This document shows, one piece after another, positions 53,973 to 64,000 of a DNA stretch of 64,000 bases. Source of the stretch: Saccharolobus solfataricus P2 (GTDB taxonomy: Archaea > Thermoproteota > Thermoprotei_A > Sulfolobales > Sulfolobaceae); NCBI RefSeq assembly GCF_000007005.1, contig NC_002754.1; one strand, given 5' to 3'. The notes beneath the pieces are model-generated. The model had not been told where the DNA came from. It saw only the letters and a program-made list of their open reading frames with translations, and did no database searches. The stretch's first letter is position 1. Every line of letters starts with the position of its first letter. The translations under genes were made by a program, and so were the position numbers.

Positions 53973-54104
53973 TGCTTAGTTGATCTGTTGGATATTTTTA
54001 CACTAAACCACTATTATCTTCATTTCAATTAATCTCAAGGTCTACAATTTAGGCTTGTGAGATATCTTAAACGTTTGCTAAAAATTCAACAAGTCCACAA
54101 AGCA
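53973..54104. mobile_element. SM3-type MITE
   Basis: 132 bp, 24-bp imperfect TIR (18/24), perfect 9-bp TSD ATGTGTATG (53964-72 / 54105-13). Confidence 0.88.
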
Positions 54105-54150
54105 ATGTGTATGATAAACTTTATATAATCATGTAATTATATAACTATGT

Positions 54151-54378
54151 GTGAAGTCAACAATAACTGTCAGTAAAAAAGTCAAGGAAGTCCTTGAGAG
54201 GAAGAAGAAGGAAATGGAAATTAAGTTAAACAAACCGTTAAGTTGGGACGAATTTTTCCAGAACATATTTAGAGAGGAAGAGGAGAGAATACCGAAATTA
54301 ACTGAGGAAGAGGCTGAAATTCTTAAGGATTTGACTAAGGAGGATAGGAAGAATTGGAGAATAAGAGAATTTGTTTAG
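54151..54378 (+). CDS. vapB: VapB-type antitoxin
   Basis: Small charged protein (STITVSKKVKEVL) overlapping a downstream PIN gene. Confidence 0.8.
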   Translation: MKSTITVSKKVKEVLERKKKEMEIKLNKPLSWDEFFQNIFREEEERIPKLTEEEAEILKDLTKEDRKNWRIREFV

Positions 54379-54725
54379 ATACGGATGTACTTATAGATGC
54401 TTTTAGAAATGATATTAAGAAATTCATAGGTTATTACACTACCTGTATTAATCTTTATGAATTCTTGAGAGGATTAGCCTTTATTGGGAAAAATATAGAT
54501 GAGTTCAAATCGTGGATAGAACTTAACCTTAACGTAGTATGTATTGATAATAACTCCCTAAAAACTGCTTCAAGAATTTACGCAGAACTTAGAAAGATGG
54601 GAGAAATAATTGAAGATCCAGATTTATTAATAGCTTCGATATGCATAGCTAATGACTTCTCTCTAATGACACATAATAAGAAACATTTTAAAAGATTAGA
54701 GAAATACGGCTTAAAACTAATTTAG
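54354..54725 (+). CDS. vapC: VapC PIN-domain toxin
   Basis: CLDTDVLID, INLYEF, DPDLLIASI, THNKKHF. Confidence 0.93.
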   Translation: MENKRICLDTDVLIDAFRNDIKKFIGYYTTCINLYEFLRGLAFIGKNIDEFKSWIELNLNVVCIDNNSLKTASRIYAELRKMGEIIEDPDLLIASICIANDFSLMTHNKKHFKRLEKYGLKLI

Positions 54726-55037
54726 ACAAGCGTTTTTAAAACATATTAAACATATTTATTACAGAAACTAGAGAATATAGTGTAAATTTGCTTTACTGTT
54801 AAATTCACTAAAAATTCACATTTGAGTGTATACCTAACTAAAGAATAGCAGAACAAAGTTTGCCTGGTTGGTTTTTGACAAATCTCTCTGCAAAACAGTA
54901 AAGCTATCTCGATATTACTTGATGAATACAGATTATGTCATTCTTTATAGTTTGATATAATGTATAATTATATAATATAAAACATTTGAATTATGATCAT
55001 TTCTCAATTTTACTCAGATCGCCAACGCCTCTCAGTG

Positions 55038-55230
55038 CTGGAGAGAGTAAATGAAGAGTGGAATAAATATCTCAATACACTAGGCGAAACAATCAACGGA
55101 CTCATAGTAATCATCATAGATGAAACCTTCAACAACAGAAATACGCCAGAATCAAGAATGGATTAAGCAAACGAGGAAACTACAAGATCCGATATCAAAC
55201 CAGCGAAACCTTCCAATACGGAGTATAATT
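55038..55230 (+). pseudogene. Degraded DDE transposase fragment (ISC1217/ISH3-like)
   Basis: Frameshifted VIIIDETFNN..YARIKNG resembles LLIVDDTHDHKLYAR of the ISC1217 transposase in this window. Confidence 0.4.
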
Positions 55231-55473
55231 CCTAACATAACAATCTACGACTTGAACATTAGATAAAGCCTACGTGGTAAGAGCCTTTTTATACGTCACA
55301 AGGAAAATGCTTAAGAAGTGGAGGTAAATGAGTTGCAAGCCAAGATCTGGATGGCTTCCACTATTACTGCTTTGAATATTAAAGCGTAAACTCGGGAAAA
55401 GCGTCGAAATAAATATTGAGCAAGCCGACAAAGTATTGGGGAACATAAGGTCTTTATATTAACTAAAAAGTGG

Positions 55474-58400
55474 TTAAAGTTGTTTTAATGCCAACTCTAT
55501 TGCCGTATCTAATTGAGTATCCCTATTATTTACATAATCATCTGGCTTAATCTCAACAACTATATCTGGGTCTACTCCGTAATTCTCAATACCAAAACCT
55601 ACATCCTCGAAGTTAACAGCAAACTCTGGTTGACTAATATAAGTTTTATCCACTAATCTATATCTAGGTCTTATACCGACAACACCTCCCCACGTTCTTC
55701 TACCAATAAGTACTCCTAGCTTGTACTTCTTGAACAAGAATGAAAAGATATCGCCATCGGACCCAGCATGCTCATTAGTTATTCCCACTAAAACCTTAGG
55801 AGAAGAGAAATAAGGCATAGGTATTGGTTTTCCATTTCTAGGATAATCATAGCCAACTCTTTTCAAGAGTAGCTTCTCTAAGAGTAAACCTGAGACAAAG
55901 CCACCCCTATTAAACCTAACGTCAACTACTAGCCCTTCTCTGTGGAATTCAGACATGAAAAGTCTGTAAAACTCAGCGAATCCTTGATACATCATATCTG
56001 GTATGTGAATATATCCTAATCTACCCTTGCTCTTCTCGTGAACATATTCCCTATTCTTCTCAACCCAATACCTATATATTAAGAACCTTTCATCTTTTAA
56101 TACTTTAACCGTGACGCGTTTATTCTTACCGTCAGCAGTTATTACGTCAAGAATAACTTGATCCTTATTTATTAGATGAGAGTAAATGTTACCATTTGCA
56201 TCTTCCCCGTCAATATTTTTTATACAATCTCCAACATTCAATTGAACACCAGGATCCCGTAATGGACTTCTCTCATTCTCATTGGTAGAATCCCCAACAT
56301 AAATCTTTGTAATTTTGTAACATTTATTGCTCTCATCATACTCAAACTCAGCACCTAAACCACCAACTGACAACGGCTCCGGAGTATCGTAATCGTAAGC
56401 TGTTTCGTAGGAATGAGAAGTCCTAGTCTCGCCTTGCATCTCTTGAATTACATCAGAAAGCTCAAATCTAGTACTTATCCTATCTAAAAGTCTCTCGTAT
56501 TTGGGTAAGATAGAGTCCCAATTCTTTAATCTCTCCTCATTCCAATAATTCTGCTTCATCAACTTCCACGTTTCCCTAAGCATTTGCCTCCATTCCTTCT
56601 CCGGCTCAACATAAACCTTAACTCTAGATAAATCTATTACCCCACCTTTTCTTCCAGTTGAGTTAAAATCTGGTTTTACATTAACATCAAATAGCCTTAG
56701 ACTATCCTTAAGTATTAAAAGTATTTTACTTTTATCGCTAGACAAAGAGAAGCTTGAAACGTTATCTGCATATAACTCCTTCGCCTTATTCTCTAGATCA
56801 TAAACCTCTAACCTACCAAACACATCTCCAGTTTGTGATCTAAGCCCCCTTATTGGATAGGAAAATAGGAAGATCTTGTTGTTCTTAGCTCCAGCTATTT
56901 GCACGTAATTTTCCTCTTCAATCGGGAATGGAACTACCCTATCTTCGATTCCCTCAATTATGACGTTTTTGTCGTTGCTATTAGCCTCATCTAATGGTTG
57001 GTTAAATGGGGAATAATAATTTCCTAAAACTACTAGGTATGGCTTAACAACCCTCTGGAAACTTAAATTAAATATTACCTTATCGTTAGTTGGGTCCAAA
57101 TGCCTAGCAGCCAAGAAGTATAAATATCTACCATCTGGGTCAAATGATGGTGAAAAGTCATATCCATAGGGAGTCGTTATCCTAACAACCTTCCCATCAA
57201 TGTGGGCAAGCTTTATTGATTGAGTATAATAGCCTTCTGGAAAAGCGTAAGCAAACCACTCAGCATTTGGATGCCAATCAAACTCTAAAATTAAGTCGTA
57301 CTCGCTCTTATCTATTAATCTAGCGTTATCATTATCAATCTCGTAAACCCATAATTCAAGTTTATTGTTAGATAATAATACTTTCTTACCATCTGGAGAA
57401 ACCTTAACTCTCTCTATTCTACTAAAATCCTTGTTTATAACCTTCTCACTACCGTCCTTACCTAAGATTACCAATTTGTCCTCATCGTTTACTCCTATCA
57501 CGTCACCATTAGGCAAAACTTGAATCTGCCTATATTTTACACCTTGTTTCTTACCCAATTGAACTGAAGGACCATCCCATGGTCTCATTAAAAATACCTT
57601 GCCCCTACTTACTAATGCTATATAGTTACCATTTACAACAGCTTCGTTCATGTACTCCATTACATTAACGAATTTTGGTTGCTTCTTCTTCCTATCGGTA
57701 GGTAAGTTAATATCCAGTTTAGTTAAGCTGTCCTTTTCTGGATCGTACAAATATATGTCTCCAGCGTTTTGAAAAACAATTCTCTTACCATCACTACTGG
57801 CATTCCTACAATAATAATCAGTGAAATTAGTATGTCTCCTTAAATCCTTACCTTTTAAATCAACTGAATAAAGATTACCAACTCCCTCGTGATCAGATAA
57901 AAAGTAAACCCTTTCTCTAACTATCATAGGCCAGCTAACGTTACCATCTAAACTAACAAACTTCTCAAAGGTTTTACCACCATCGCTGGAAATCCATAAT
58001 TCACCCTTAGTTCCACCCTTATACCCTTTCCAGTTTGGTAAGTCTTGATAACCCCTTGCAATTACTATTATATCATCCTTTATTACAATATTGGATAACA
58101 TGCCGAAAGGCAATTTCTCTGTCTTTCCGTTATTTACATTTACCTTATACGCCTCAGTCCATTGAATAAAAGGAGTGTGAAAGTCAGTTATTACAATAAT
58201 CTCGTCCTCAGAAATCCAACCAGCAACCCTACTATTCCTACTACCAAAATAGGTAACCCTCCTAGCTTGCCCGTCTTCAACAACGTAGATATCTCCACCT
58301 TGCTTACCGCTCTTAAGCCAAATAACAGAAAACGCCACTTTTCTACCACTTGGACTTATTTTAGGCCTAGTGGAAACTCCTAAACCACTTGTTATCCTAA

Positions 58401-58500
58401 GCGGTTTCATATCTTTTAAAGAAAGAAGCCAAACGTCATCATCTGAAGTAAATGATATTAAATCTCCCCTAATATCAGGGTACATATAGTATGCTTTCAT
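55474..58500 (-). CDS. tri: Tricorn protease
   Basis: Likely start MKAYYMYPD (58500); beta-propeller domains, PDZ, GYIHIPDM, DVRFNRGG, AGSDGD (S41). Confidence 0.95.
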   Translation of the reverse strand: MKAYYMYPDIRGDLISFTSDDDVWLLSLKDMKPLRITSGLGVSTRPKISPSGRKVAFSVIWLKSGKQGGDIYVVEDGQARRVTYFGSRNSRVAGWISEDEIIVITDFHTPFIQWTEAYKVNVNNGKTEKLPFGMLSNIVIKDDIIVIARGYQDLPNWKGYKGGTKGELWISSDGGKTFEKFVSLDGNVSWPMIVRERVYFLSDHEGVGNLYSVDLKGKDLRRHTNFTDYYCRNASSDGKRIVFQNAGDIYLYDPEKDSLTKLDINLPTDRKKKQPKFVNVMEYMNEAVVNGNYIALVSRGKVFLMRPWDGPSVQLGKKQGVKYRQIQVLPNGDVIGVNDEDKLVILGKDGSEKVINKDFSRIERVKVSPDGKKVLLSNNKLELWVYEIDNDNARLIDKSEYDLILEFDWHPNAEWFAYAFPEGYYTQSIKLAHIDGKVVRITTPYGYDFSPSFDPDGRYLYFLAARHLDPTNDKVIFNLSFQRVVKPYLVVLGNYYSPFNQPLDEANSNDKNVIIEGIEDRVVPFPIEEENYVQIAGAKNNKIFLFSYPIRGLRSQTGDVFGRLEVYDLENKAKELYADNVSSFSLSSDKSKILLILKDSLRLFDVNVKPDFNSTGRKGGVIDLSRVKVYVEPEKEWRQMLRETWKLMKQNYWNEERLKNWDSILPKYERLLDRISTRFELSDVIQEMQGETRTSHSYETAYDYDTPEPLSVGGLGAEFEYDESNKCYKITKIYVGDSTNENERSPLRDPGVQLNVGDCIKNIDGEDANGNIYSHLINKDQVILDVITADGKNKRVTVKVLKDERFLIYRYWVEKNREYVHEKSKGRLGYIHIPDMMYQGFAEFYRLFMSEFHREGLVVDVRFNRGGFVSGLLLEKLLLKRVGYDYPRNGKPIPMPYFSSPKVLVGITNEHAGSDGDIFSFLFKKYKLGVLIGRRTWGGVVGIRPRYRLVDKTYISQPEFAVNFEDVGFGIENYGVDPDIVVEIKPDDYVNNRDTQLDTAIELALKQL

Positions 58501-58566
58501 ATGATAATGTATAATTTTGAGTATATAGTGTTTTCCACAAAACTCTTTTACTCCAATTAGATCCTT

Positions 58567-59208
58567 ATGGTTATGAAACCCTATGTAATAATATTTAGCA
58601 CAGTATCGATAGATGGTAGACTCGCAACGAAAACTGGTTATAGCGAATTGAGTTGCCCTTATGATAAGCAAAGACAACATGAGATAAGAAGTGAGGTTGA
58701 TGCAGTAATGGTGGGAGCTAATACGGTAAGAGTAGACAACCCATCATTAACTGTAAAGTATGGTAAAAATAGGAGAAACCCCATTAGAGTAGTGGTGACT
58801 AGAAGTTTCAATCTAGACCCTTCATACAAGATATTCACCACACCACCATCAACAGTAATCTATACTTCTAATTACGAAAGTGAAAAAGTTGAGGAGTTTA
58901 TTAGAAAAGGAGTTATCGTTAGGAAATTCCTTCATTTAGATGATCTTTTAGAGGACTTATACGACAACTTCAACGTTAGAAGACTAATGGTTGAAGGAGG
59001 TGGACATTTAATATGGTGGTTTATAAAAGACAATCTTTATGACGAAATTAGGATAACAATTTCTCCTAGAATTTTTGGAAATGGAGTCAGTTTTACACAA
59101 GGAGAAGGATTTATTGGTGAGGATTCGCCTAGGCTCGAGTTAATTGATGCCAAAATTTGTGAATGTGGGAACGAAGTCCATCTTACGTACAAGAAATATA
59201 TGACATAA
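58567..59208 (+). CDS. RibD C-terminal-type pyrimidine reductase
   Basis: [30 protein letters not shown]. Confidence 0.9.
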
Positions 59209-60289
59209 AAAATATTTAGATCATATTATTAGCGATTATTCGAAACTTTTCTCCAATTCAGTTGCATGTTGGATACTCAATAGAACGTAAATATTTTTGC
59301 GAAAAATATTGTAAAGTCTTCATCTTAGAATTAGTATCTGTTATTCTACAAGGAATATAGGTTGTTTTTATTCAATATCAGTACTAAAAAATTTAATAGA
59401 TGAGAGTAATATTCATACGTCCAAAAAATCTAAAGCTCAACGTGTATGATAATGTGATATCTAAACGGTTTTAAGGAGAGCGTCAACTAAACTGAAACTG
59501 TATTTGTTCCTAGGATATTCATATTCATCTCTGTAGTTAGGTAGATGATCTAATCTAGGAAGAATTTCAGTGCCGCGAAGGCTTGAACCCAGACAAACAG
59601 ATCTCTAAAACGTTAATTTAACTCATTTGTGTTGAAGGGTTACTTGTCATTCTAAACAATTGTTTTTCTTAATTTTGTATTAATCTATAAATAACCCAAT
59701 AGCTGTATTAAAATGGAGACTGGATTGTATATTATTGGGACCGCAAGAGTAGTGGGAATAATTATGAGTAACTTGCTTGAAGGGATTATTGCTATATTTA
59801 ATCTGGTGAGGTACAAGCTAAGTACTCTGAATATAAAATCTTAAGATATAATATTTATTTATCTAGATTTTGTATAATAATTCTCTCTCGATCTCTTTTA
59901 ACCTGTTATCTAAAGAAAGTAGCTTAAGGTTGTCGGCCTTTGCAGTGTACGGTACTCCCAAAATCATTTTACAAATGTAAATTCAATAAAGATTATCATA
60001 TTATTTCCTAAAATATAAGAAAATTTATCCTATTACACCTATTATTGATTACCTAAAATTCAATTATATGTATCCAATAATATAAATAAAATGAAATTTC
60101 TTCGAATCTAATGCTATTTTTGATATATTAATATTAATTAATACTTTTTATGTTAACTATTATAAAAAGACATTGTTGTGATACTAAGATTTTCCATAAA
60201 TTTTTATAGAATTGAGTAAGATAACCGTATAATGCGCTATAATTAGTTATTAACGGAAAACTATTATTTTTAATAATACGATTTTGGAT

Positions 60290-62232
60290 CTACCGAGAAG
60301 GGGCGAGGCTTTCAACATTTTGTAAATCTTTGAGTATAAACTTATTCTTGAGAACGGTATATTTTGGGATATTTACCCATTTACCCAACATCTCCCTAAA
60401 ATAGATAATGTGATTACCAAAAGGATAAAGATATTTTAAGTCTTTCAGATAGTGATTGCCCCGTCATACTCAAGATGAAAGCTGATATGAAATGGTAGAA
60501 GGGTGCATGGCTCATAAGCTCTAGAATCCTATCGTCCTTAACATTAGCGTAAGCTATTCCCAGGGCCGCAGAGATTTTATCTATATAAAATAGGCAATCG
60601 CCTTCTGCGAGAACTTCATTTATTATATTAAATAGAATATCTGGCTTGTCCGCTAACCTATGAAAGAGATCCCAATTTCAATTTTCACGTGAGAGTGTCC
60701 GGAATGTAAAAAATTGAATTTTTATTGGCAAGAATAAATTGGTTTCTAGTATTATCTTGGATTAAATTGGAGTAACACTTAAGTTATGGGAGTAGAGGGT
60801 AGTACCATGGCAAGAACATTAAGACACATACCAAACCTGATGTACTACCCTCTTCCCCCAATAGAGGATATGCCGTGGAGGGAAAAATGGTTAACGGAGA
60901 TCAAGCCCGTGCTGGACGCCATGGATTTGGAGAGGGTCCTTGGCGAGGGCGCGCTGGTTTACCTGAAGTTGTTAATCGTCATGGTGCTCTATTCCTGCTC
61001 CTATAGGGACGCGGTGAAAATGGTCAACGTGAACGTGGTCGTGGCCTGGTTCGTGGGGAGGAAGGTGGGGAAGAGCACGCTGCACGACTTCGTGGGCAGG
61101 TTGTACGGGGTGAGGAAGAAGTTGTTGGAGATTTCCTTCAAGCTTGAGGAGAAGTGCCTACCCAGTTACCTCCCTGCGAGCGCGCATCTCGTGGACTTCA
61201 TGGCGTGGCTAGTGGACTCCTTCCTACTGGACTTACCTCCTGGGAAGAGGAGCGTGGAGACCTTTCGGGAGAAGGCGGAGCTGGAGAGGAGGGAAGGTAA
61301 CTTGGAGAGGGCCGGGAAGCTGCTCTCCCTGGGGAGAACCAAGAGGAGGTTCGAGGGAAGGTGGACCAAGAAGAGAGGGGTCTCGCACTACGGGCTCAAG
61401 GCAGTGGCCGTGATCTCCGTCTCCCTCTTCGTGAGGTCCATCACGTTGAAGCCAGCCAACTTCTCGGACAAGAGGTTCAAGTCACCGCTCAAGGGGATTA
61501 AGATCGCGGACAGGGGATTCTCTCCCTCCCCGACACAGCTCATAGCGCGGGAGAAGCCCTTCACTACCCTGAGGGCCCACGTGGAGTTCTTCGGCACCTA
61601 CCTGAACGCGTTCTGGAGGCCCTACGGGACTACGACTTGGAGGAACGACGTCTTCCTTCACGTCCTGGGAGTGATCTACAACATCAAGATATTCCTCGCG
61701 ATCCAACGGAGGACTCCTCCAGAACGTAGAGCCGTTCAGCTCTGAGACGCACCTCCTCGCGATCAGACAACGCTATGCGCGATAGGTAAATCCTCTCGTC
61801 TTGATATTTTTCCATTATAAAGTTTTTCTCGGTGATCCAGGTCCTATCCTTCTGGCAATATTAATATTTATCATTCTGTTTATCTATTCGTTCAGATAAT
61901 TACATTCCGGACACTCTCTCGTTACCTTTTGACTTCTGAAAGGCTTCCAAAGCAATGTCTAAGTATCTTTCCTTTTTAGTGTATGCATAAGCTGTATTAG
62001 CGGAAAGTGCGTATAGCATAATATTCGTACCTTTATCTCCATGTTTAATCCTCTCTATACTATCAATTAACTTGTCAACCTCGTCAATTTCATTGAAGAT
62101 GGAGTGATAGCTCACTAACGAGTGAGCGGAGAAATAGAATTCATAGTCATATTTCTTTAAGCCTTCCCTTAAACTCTCCACGAACTTCTCGCTTTCTTTA
62201 ATTCTTCCTAGACCTCTTAATGCCACTGCCAA
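60290..62232 (-). pseudogene. Hypothetical-protein pseudogene split by the IS5-family element and further frameshifted
   Basis: ORF 61900..62232 runs into the IS end; removing the IS and one TSD gives in-frame ...KSKGN(E/V)KIEIGISFIG; coding-like frames continue to about 60290. Confidence 0.6.
60691..61918 (+). mobile_element. IS5-family element (ISC1234-like), transposase 60786..61745
   Basis: 1228 bp, perfect 19-bp IR GAGAGTGTCCGGAATGTAA, 4-bp TSD with one mismatch (ACGT/TCGT), GC-rich DDE ORF (LVDS, IADRG). The exact ISC name is uncertain. Confidence 0.85.
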
Positions 62233-62325
62233 AGTATAATTATTTAGAATTTTCTCCGTTTTTTCTCTTTTATACGTTAAATAATAAGATTTTAATACAT
62301 AAGGCTTTGTATAGTTTTATACACA

Positions 62326-63408
62326 TTATTTTTTTAAATAAAAAGACAAAATAGGGTCTATTATCTTGTATTCATCATTTATCTTATCTACAAGTCCTCG
62401 ATTTTTTAGTATTTTTATTACTCTATATATATTTGATACTTTGATTTCGCTTAATTTATTACCTTTTGCTAGGCCTTTCAATACCTTAATTTCGTTCTTT
62501 GTAAGCCCCTCTAGATCTTTTTTCAACTCTATCTCTACATTAGGATCTTCAAGAATGGCTTCAATGTTACATTCCCTCTCAAATATCAATCCGGCTAAAT
62601 TCAACCACGCGGGGATACCTTCGGTTAATTCATAGACTTTTTCGTAATATTCTTTACATTTTCCTTTAAGCCCTTCATTTAAGAACCTTATTGACGTTTC
62701 TTTGTCAAATGATTTAAGTCTCTCTATTTTGAAATAGTTGTAAAATGGTTCTTTAGCCTCAGTTATCATTTCCTCTATTATACCTGTTTCAGATCCAGAA
62801 ACTATTATTTCAACGTTTTTACTTTCTTGTAATCTTTTCCTAGTTAACTCTAAGATCTTTGGAAATGGTTGTTTAAGAACTCTAATCTTTTGAAACTCAT
62901 CTATCATGATTACTACGTTCTTCCCAGTATCTTCAGCGATTCTTTGAGGTAAAAGTAACACATCATCTAAGATTTCACTGGGTTTTAATTTATTCTCTTT
63001 AAATAGAGAATAACGATCAATATATAACTCTAAATTCTGCATTCTAATGCTTAAGCTTTTGATTGAGCCAAGGAACTGATTTAATGACGCCACTAGAGAT
63101 GATATCGTATTTTTAGCTCTCATTTTAAGCGACTTAGATAATGCCTCCAACACTAGCTTGCTAGTGAGCTCATCAGCAAATTCTTCTATTGATGTTATTC
63201 CTTCTAAACTTATCTTTGCTACTATATATTCATTACCTAATTTAATTTTAATATAATTTAGGAGTGAAGATTTACCCATTCTTCTGGGAGCTAATATTGC
63301 TACGGGCTGTCTTCTATTTATATAGCTAAGTAAAACGTTAACGTAATCCTCTCTATCAAAGAATTCATCTTCTTCAGTTAACTCTCTACCGAATATGAAT
63401 TTGACCAT
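62326..63408 (-). CDS. Archaeal COG1672 (ATPase_2) AAA ATPase with C-terminal winged helix
   Basis: FFDRE, Walker A APRRMGKSS, Walker B IMIDEFQ, SGSETG, C-terminal LKNRGLVDK...Y.IIDP. Confidence 0.9.
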   Translation of the reverse strand: MVKFIFGRELTEEDEFFDREDYVNVLLSYINRRQPVAILAPRRMGKSSLLNYIKIKLGNEYIVAKISLEGITSIEEFADELTSKLVLEALSKSLKMRAKNTISSLVASLNQFLGSIKSLSIRMQNLELYIDRYSLFKENKLKPSEILDDVLLLPQRIAEDTGKNVVIMIDEFQKIRVLKQPFPKILELTRKRLQESKNVEIIVSGSETGIIEEMITEAKEPFYNYFKIERLKSFDKETSIRFLNEGLKGKCKEYYEKVYELTEGIPAWLNLAGLIFERECNIEAILEDPNVEIELKKDLEGLTKNEIKVLKGLAKGNKLSEIKVSNIYRVIKILKNRGLVDKINDEYKIIDPILSFYLKK

Positions 63409-63436
63409 ACGGTACCGATATTATATCGGTACCGTA
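63408..63436. promoter_or_regulatory. 29-bp palindrome (14-bp arms) abutting the ATPase start codon
   Basis: TACGGTACCGATAT-T-ATATCGGTACCGTA; TTTAAA lies just upstream on the minus strand. Confidence 0.75.
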
Positions 63437-63549
63437 GTTTAAATTATTTACTGCGTTCAGTACACATTCTACCTAATAACTGCTTTAGCTAGGAAGTTGC
63501 CCAAGTATAGATGGAGTGTTTGGTATAATAATAAGCCTTATGAGGTGAA

Positions 63550-64000
63550 GTGACCCTCCCCTAATCACGCGGATTGAAAGAGTCCGCGTGGCAATAGTAG
63601 CTGATACTATGCTCAAAATTGGACCGAAAGATTTATTACTGAACGCCCTTTTGGAGAACATGAAATAACTTATAGGATAAATTACGGTGAAGATAGTATA
63701 CTAAGAACTTTTAAAGTTAGGTATTTAGGAAAGGAAGGGGATAAGCATAGGGCCTTAATAAAAGAAGGCGTAACTGGTTGTGGAATAAGAACTAGAAGAA
63801 TAGAGAACAAGGAGATATTAATACCAGATAAACTGTATCAGCCTTTACCCTTTACAACAAAGGAGTGAAAGTGAAGAAGATAAAGATCCAAATCCGATAG
63901 AATGCGAAATATGTAAAGCAATAGTTTCAGTATTATGTGGACTATTAGCTGAAGGAGTAGCTAAAAGTGTGGCATGTGACGAAGCTTGTGGAACAGTTTG
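63550..64000 (+). pseudogene. Frameshifted gene with Cys-rich C-terminal domain (halocin C8-like/saposin-like), runs off window
   Basis: SD GAGGTGA plus GTG; three single-base shifts join frames ending in ECEICKAIVSVLCGLLAEGVAKSVACDEACGTV. Confidence 0.5.

Noticed and set aside
53765-53983. 72-aa + strand ORF
   Set aside because: It is antisense to the IS605 mini-element and SM3 boundary, with no coding support.
59570-59592. GGGTTCAAGCC (minus strand) resembling a tRNA T-loop
   Set aside because: No cloverleaf, acceptor stem or matching att-like duplicate was found in the window.
817-62635. Many short ORF-track entries antisense to or nested in long genes (e.g. 817..1020, 2285..2479, 11187..11549, 15309..15674, 23337..23741, 36655..36993, 37744..38124, 62366..62635)
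   Set aside because: They are shadow ORFs opposite well-supported genes, with no motifs or independent signals.
1-64000. CRISPR array or cas operon, expected because of the Crn1 ring nuclease
   Set aside because: No regularly spaced 24-37-bp repeats or cas genes were seen; Crn1 is stand-alone here.

Overview
AT-rich crenarchaeal chromosome segment. Its gene content matches Saccharolobus (Sulfolobus) solfataricus, recalled as roughly the SSO2043-SSO2104 region of strain P2; this was not verified by a search. Left third: amino-acid permease, glutamate dehydrogenase and a thermopsin-like surface protease, then a large aromatic/acyl-CoA catabolic cluster (LigB-type and VOC ring-cleavage dioxygenases, HpaB/HpaC, MFS transporter, Bat-type HTH regulator, two acyl-CoA synthetases, acyl-CoA dehydrogenase, two thiolase-fold and two DUF35 genes, iorAB). 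Middle: bcp, TrmB/MFS, an IS-disrupted Nramp, dpsL, Rieske ferredoxin, the Crn1 CARF ring nuclease, sedolisin, tenA and a CoxL-type subunit. Right: treZ-treX-treY, vapBC, tricorn protease, RibD-type reductase, a COG1672 ATPase and a decayed Cys-rich gene. Four complete IS elements (1147, 1439, 1078 and 1228 bp) have ends resolved by eye, and each disrupts a gene or promoter. There are also three MITEs, two IS200/IS605 tnpB right-end (omega-RNA-type) relics, a 100-bp inverted copy of part of gdhA, a repeated 18-bp operator-like motif before three aromatic-catabolism genes, several long palindromes, and two credible unannotated small ORFs. No CRISPR array, tRNA or rRNA was found.
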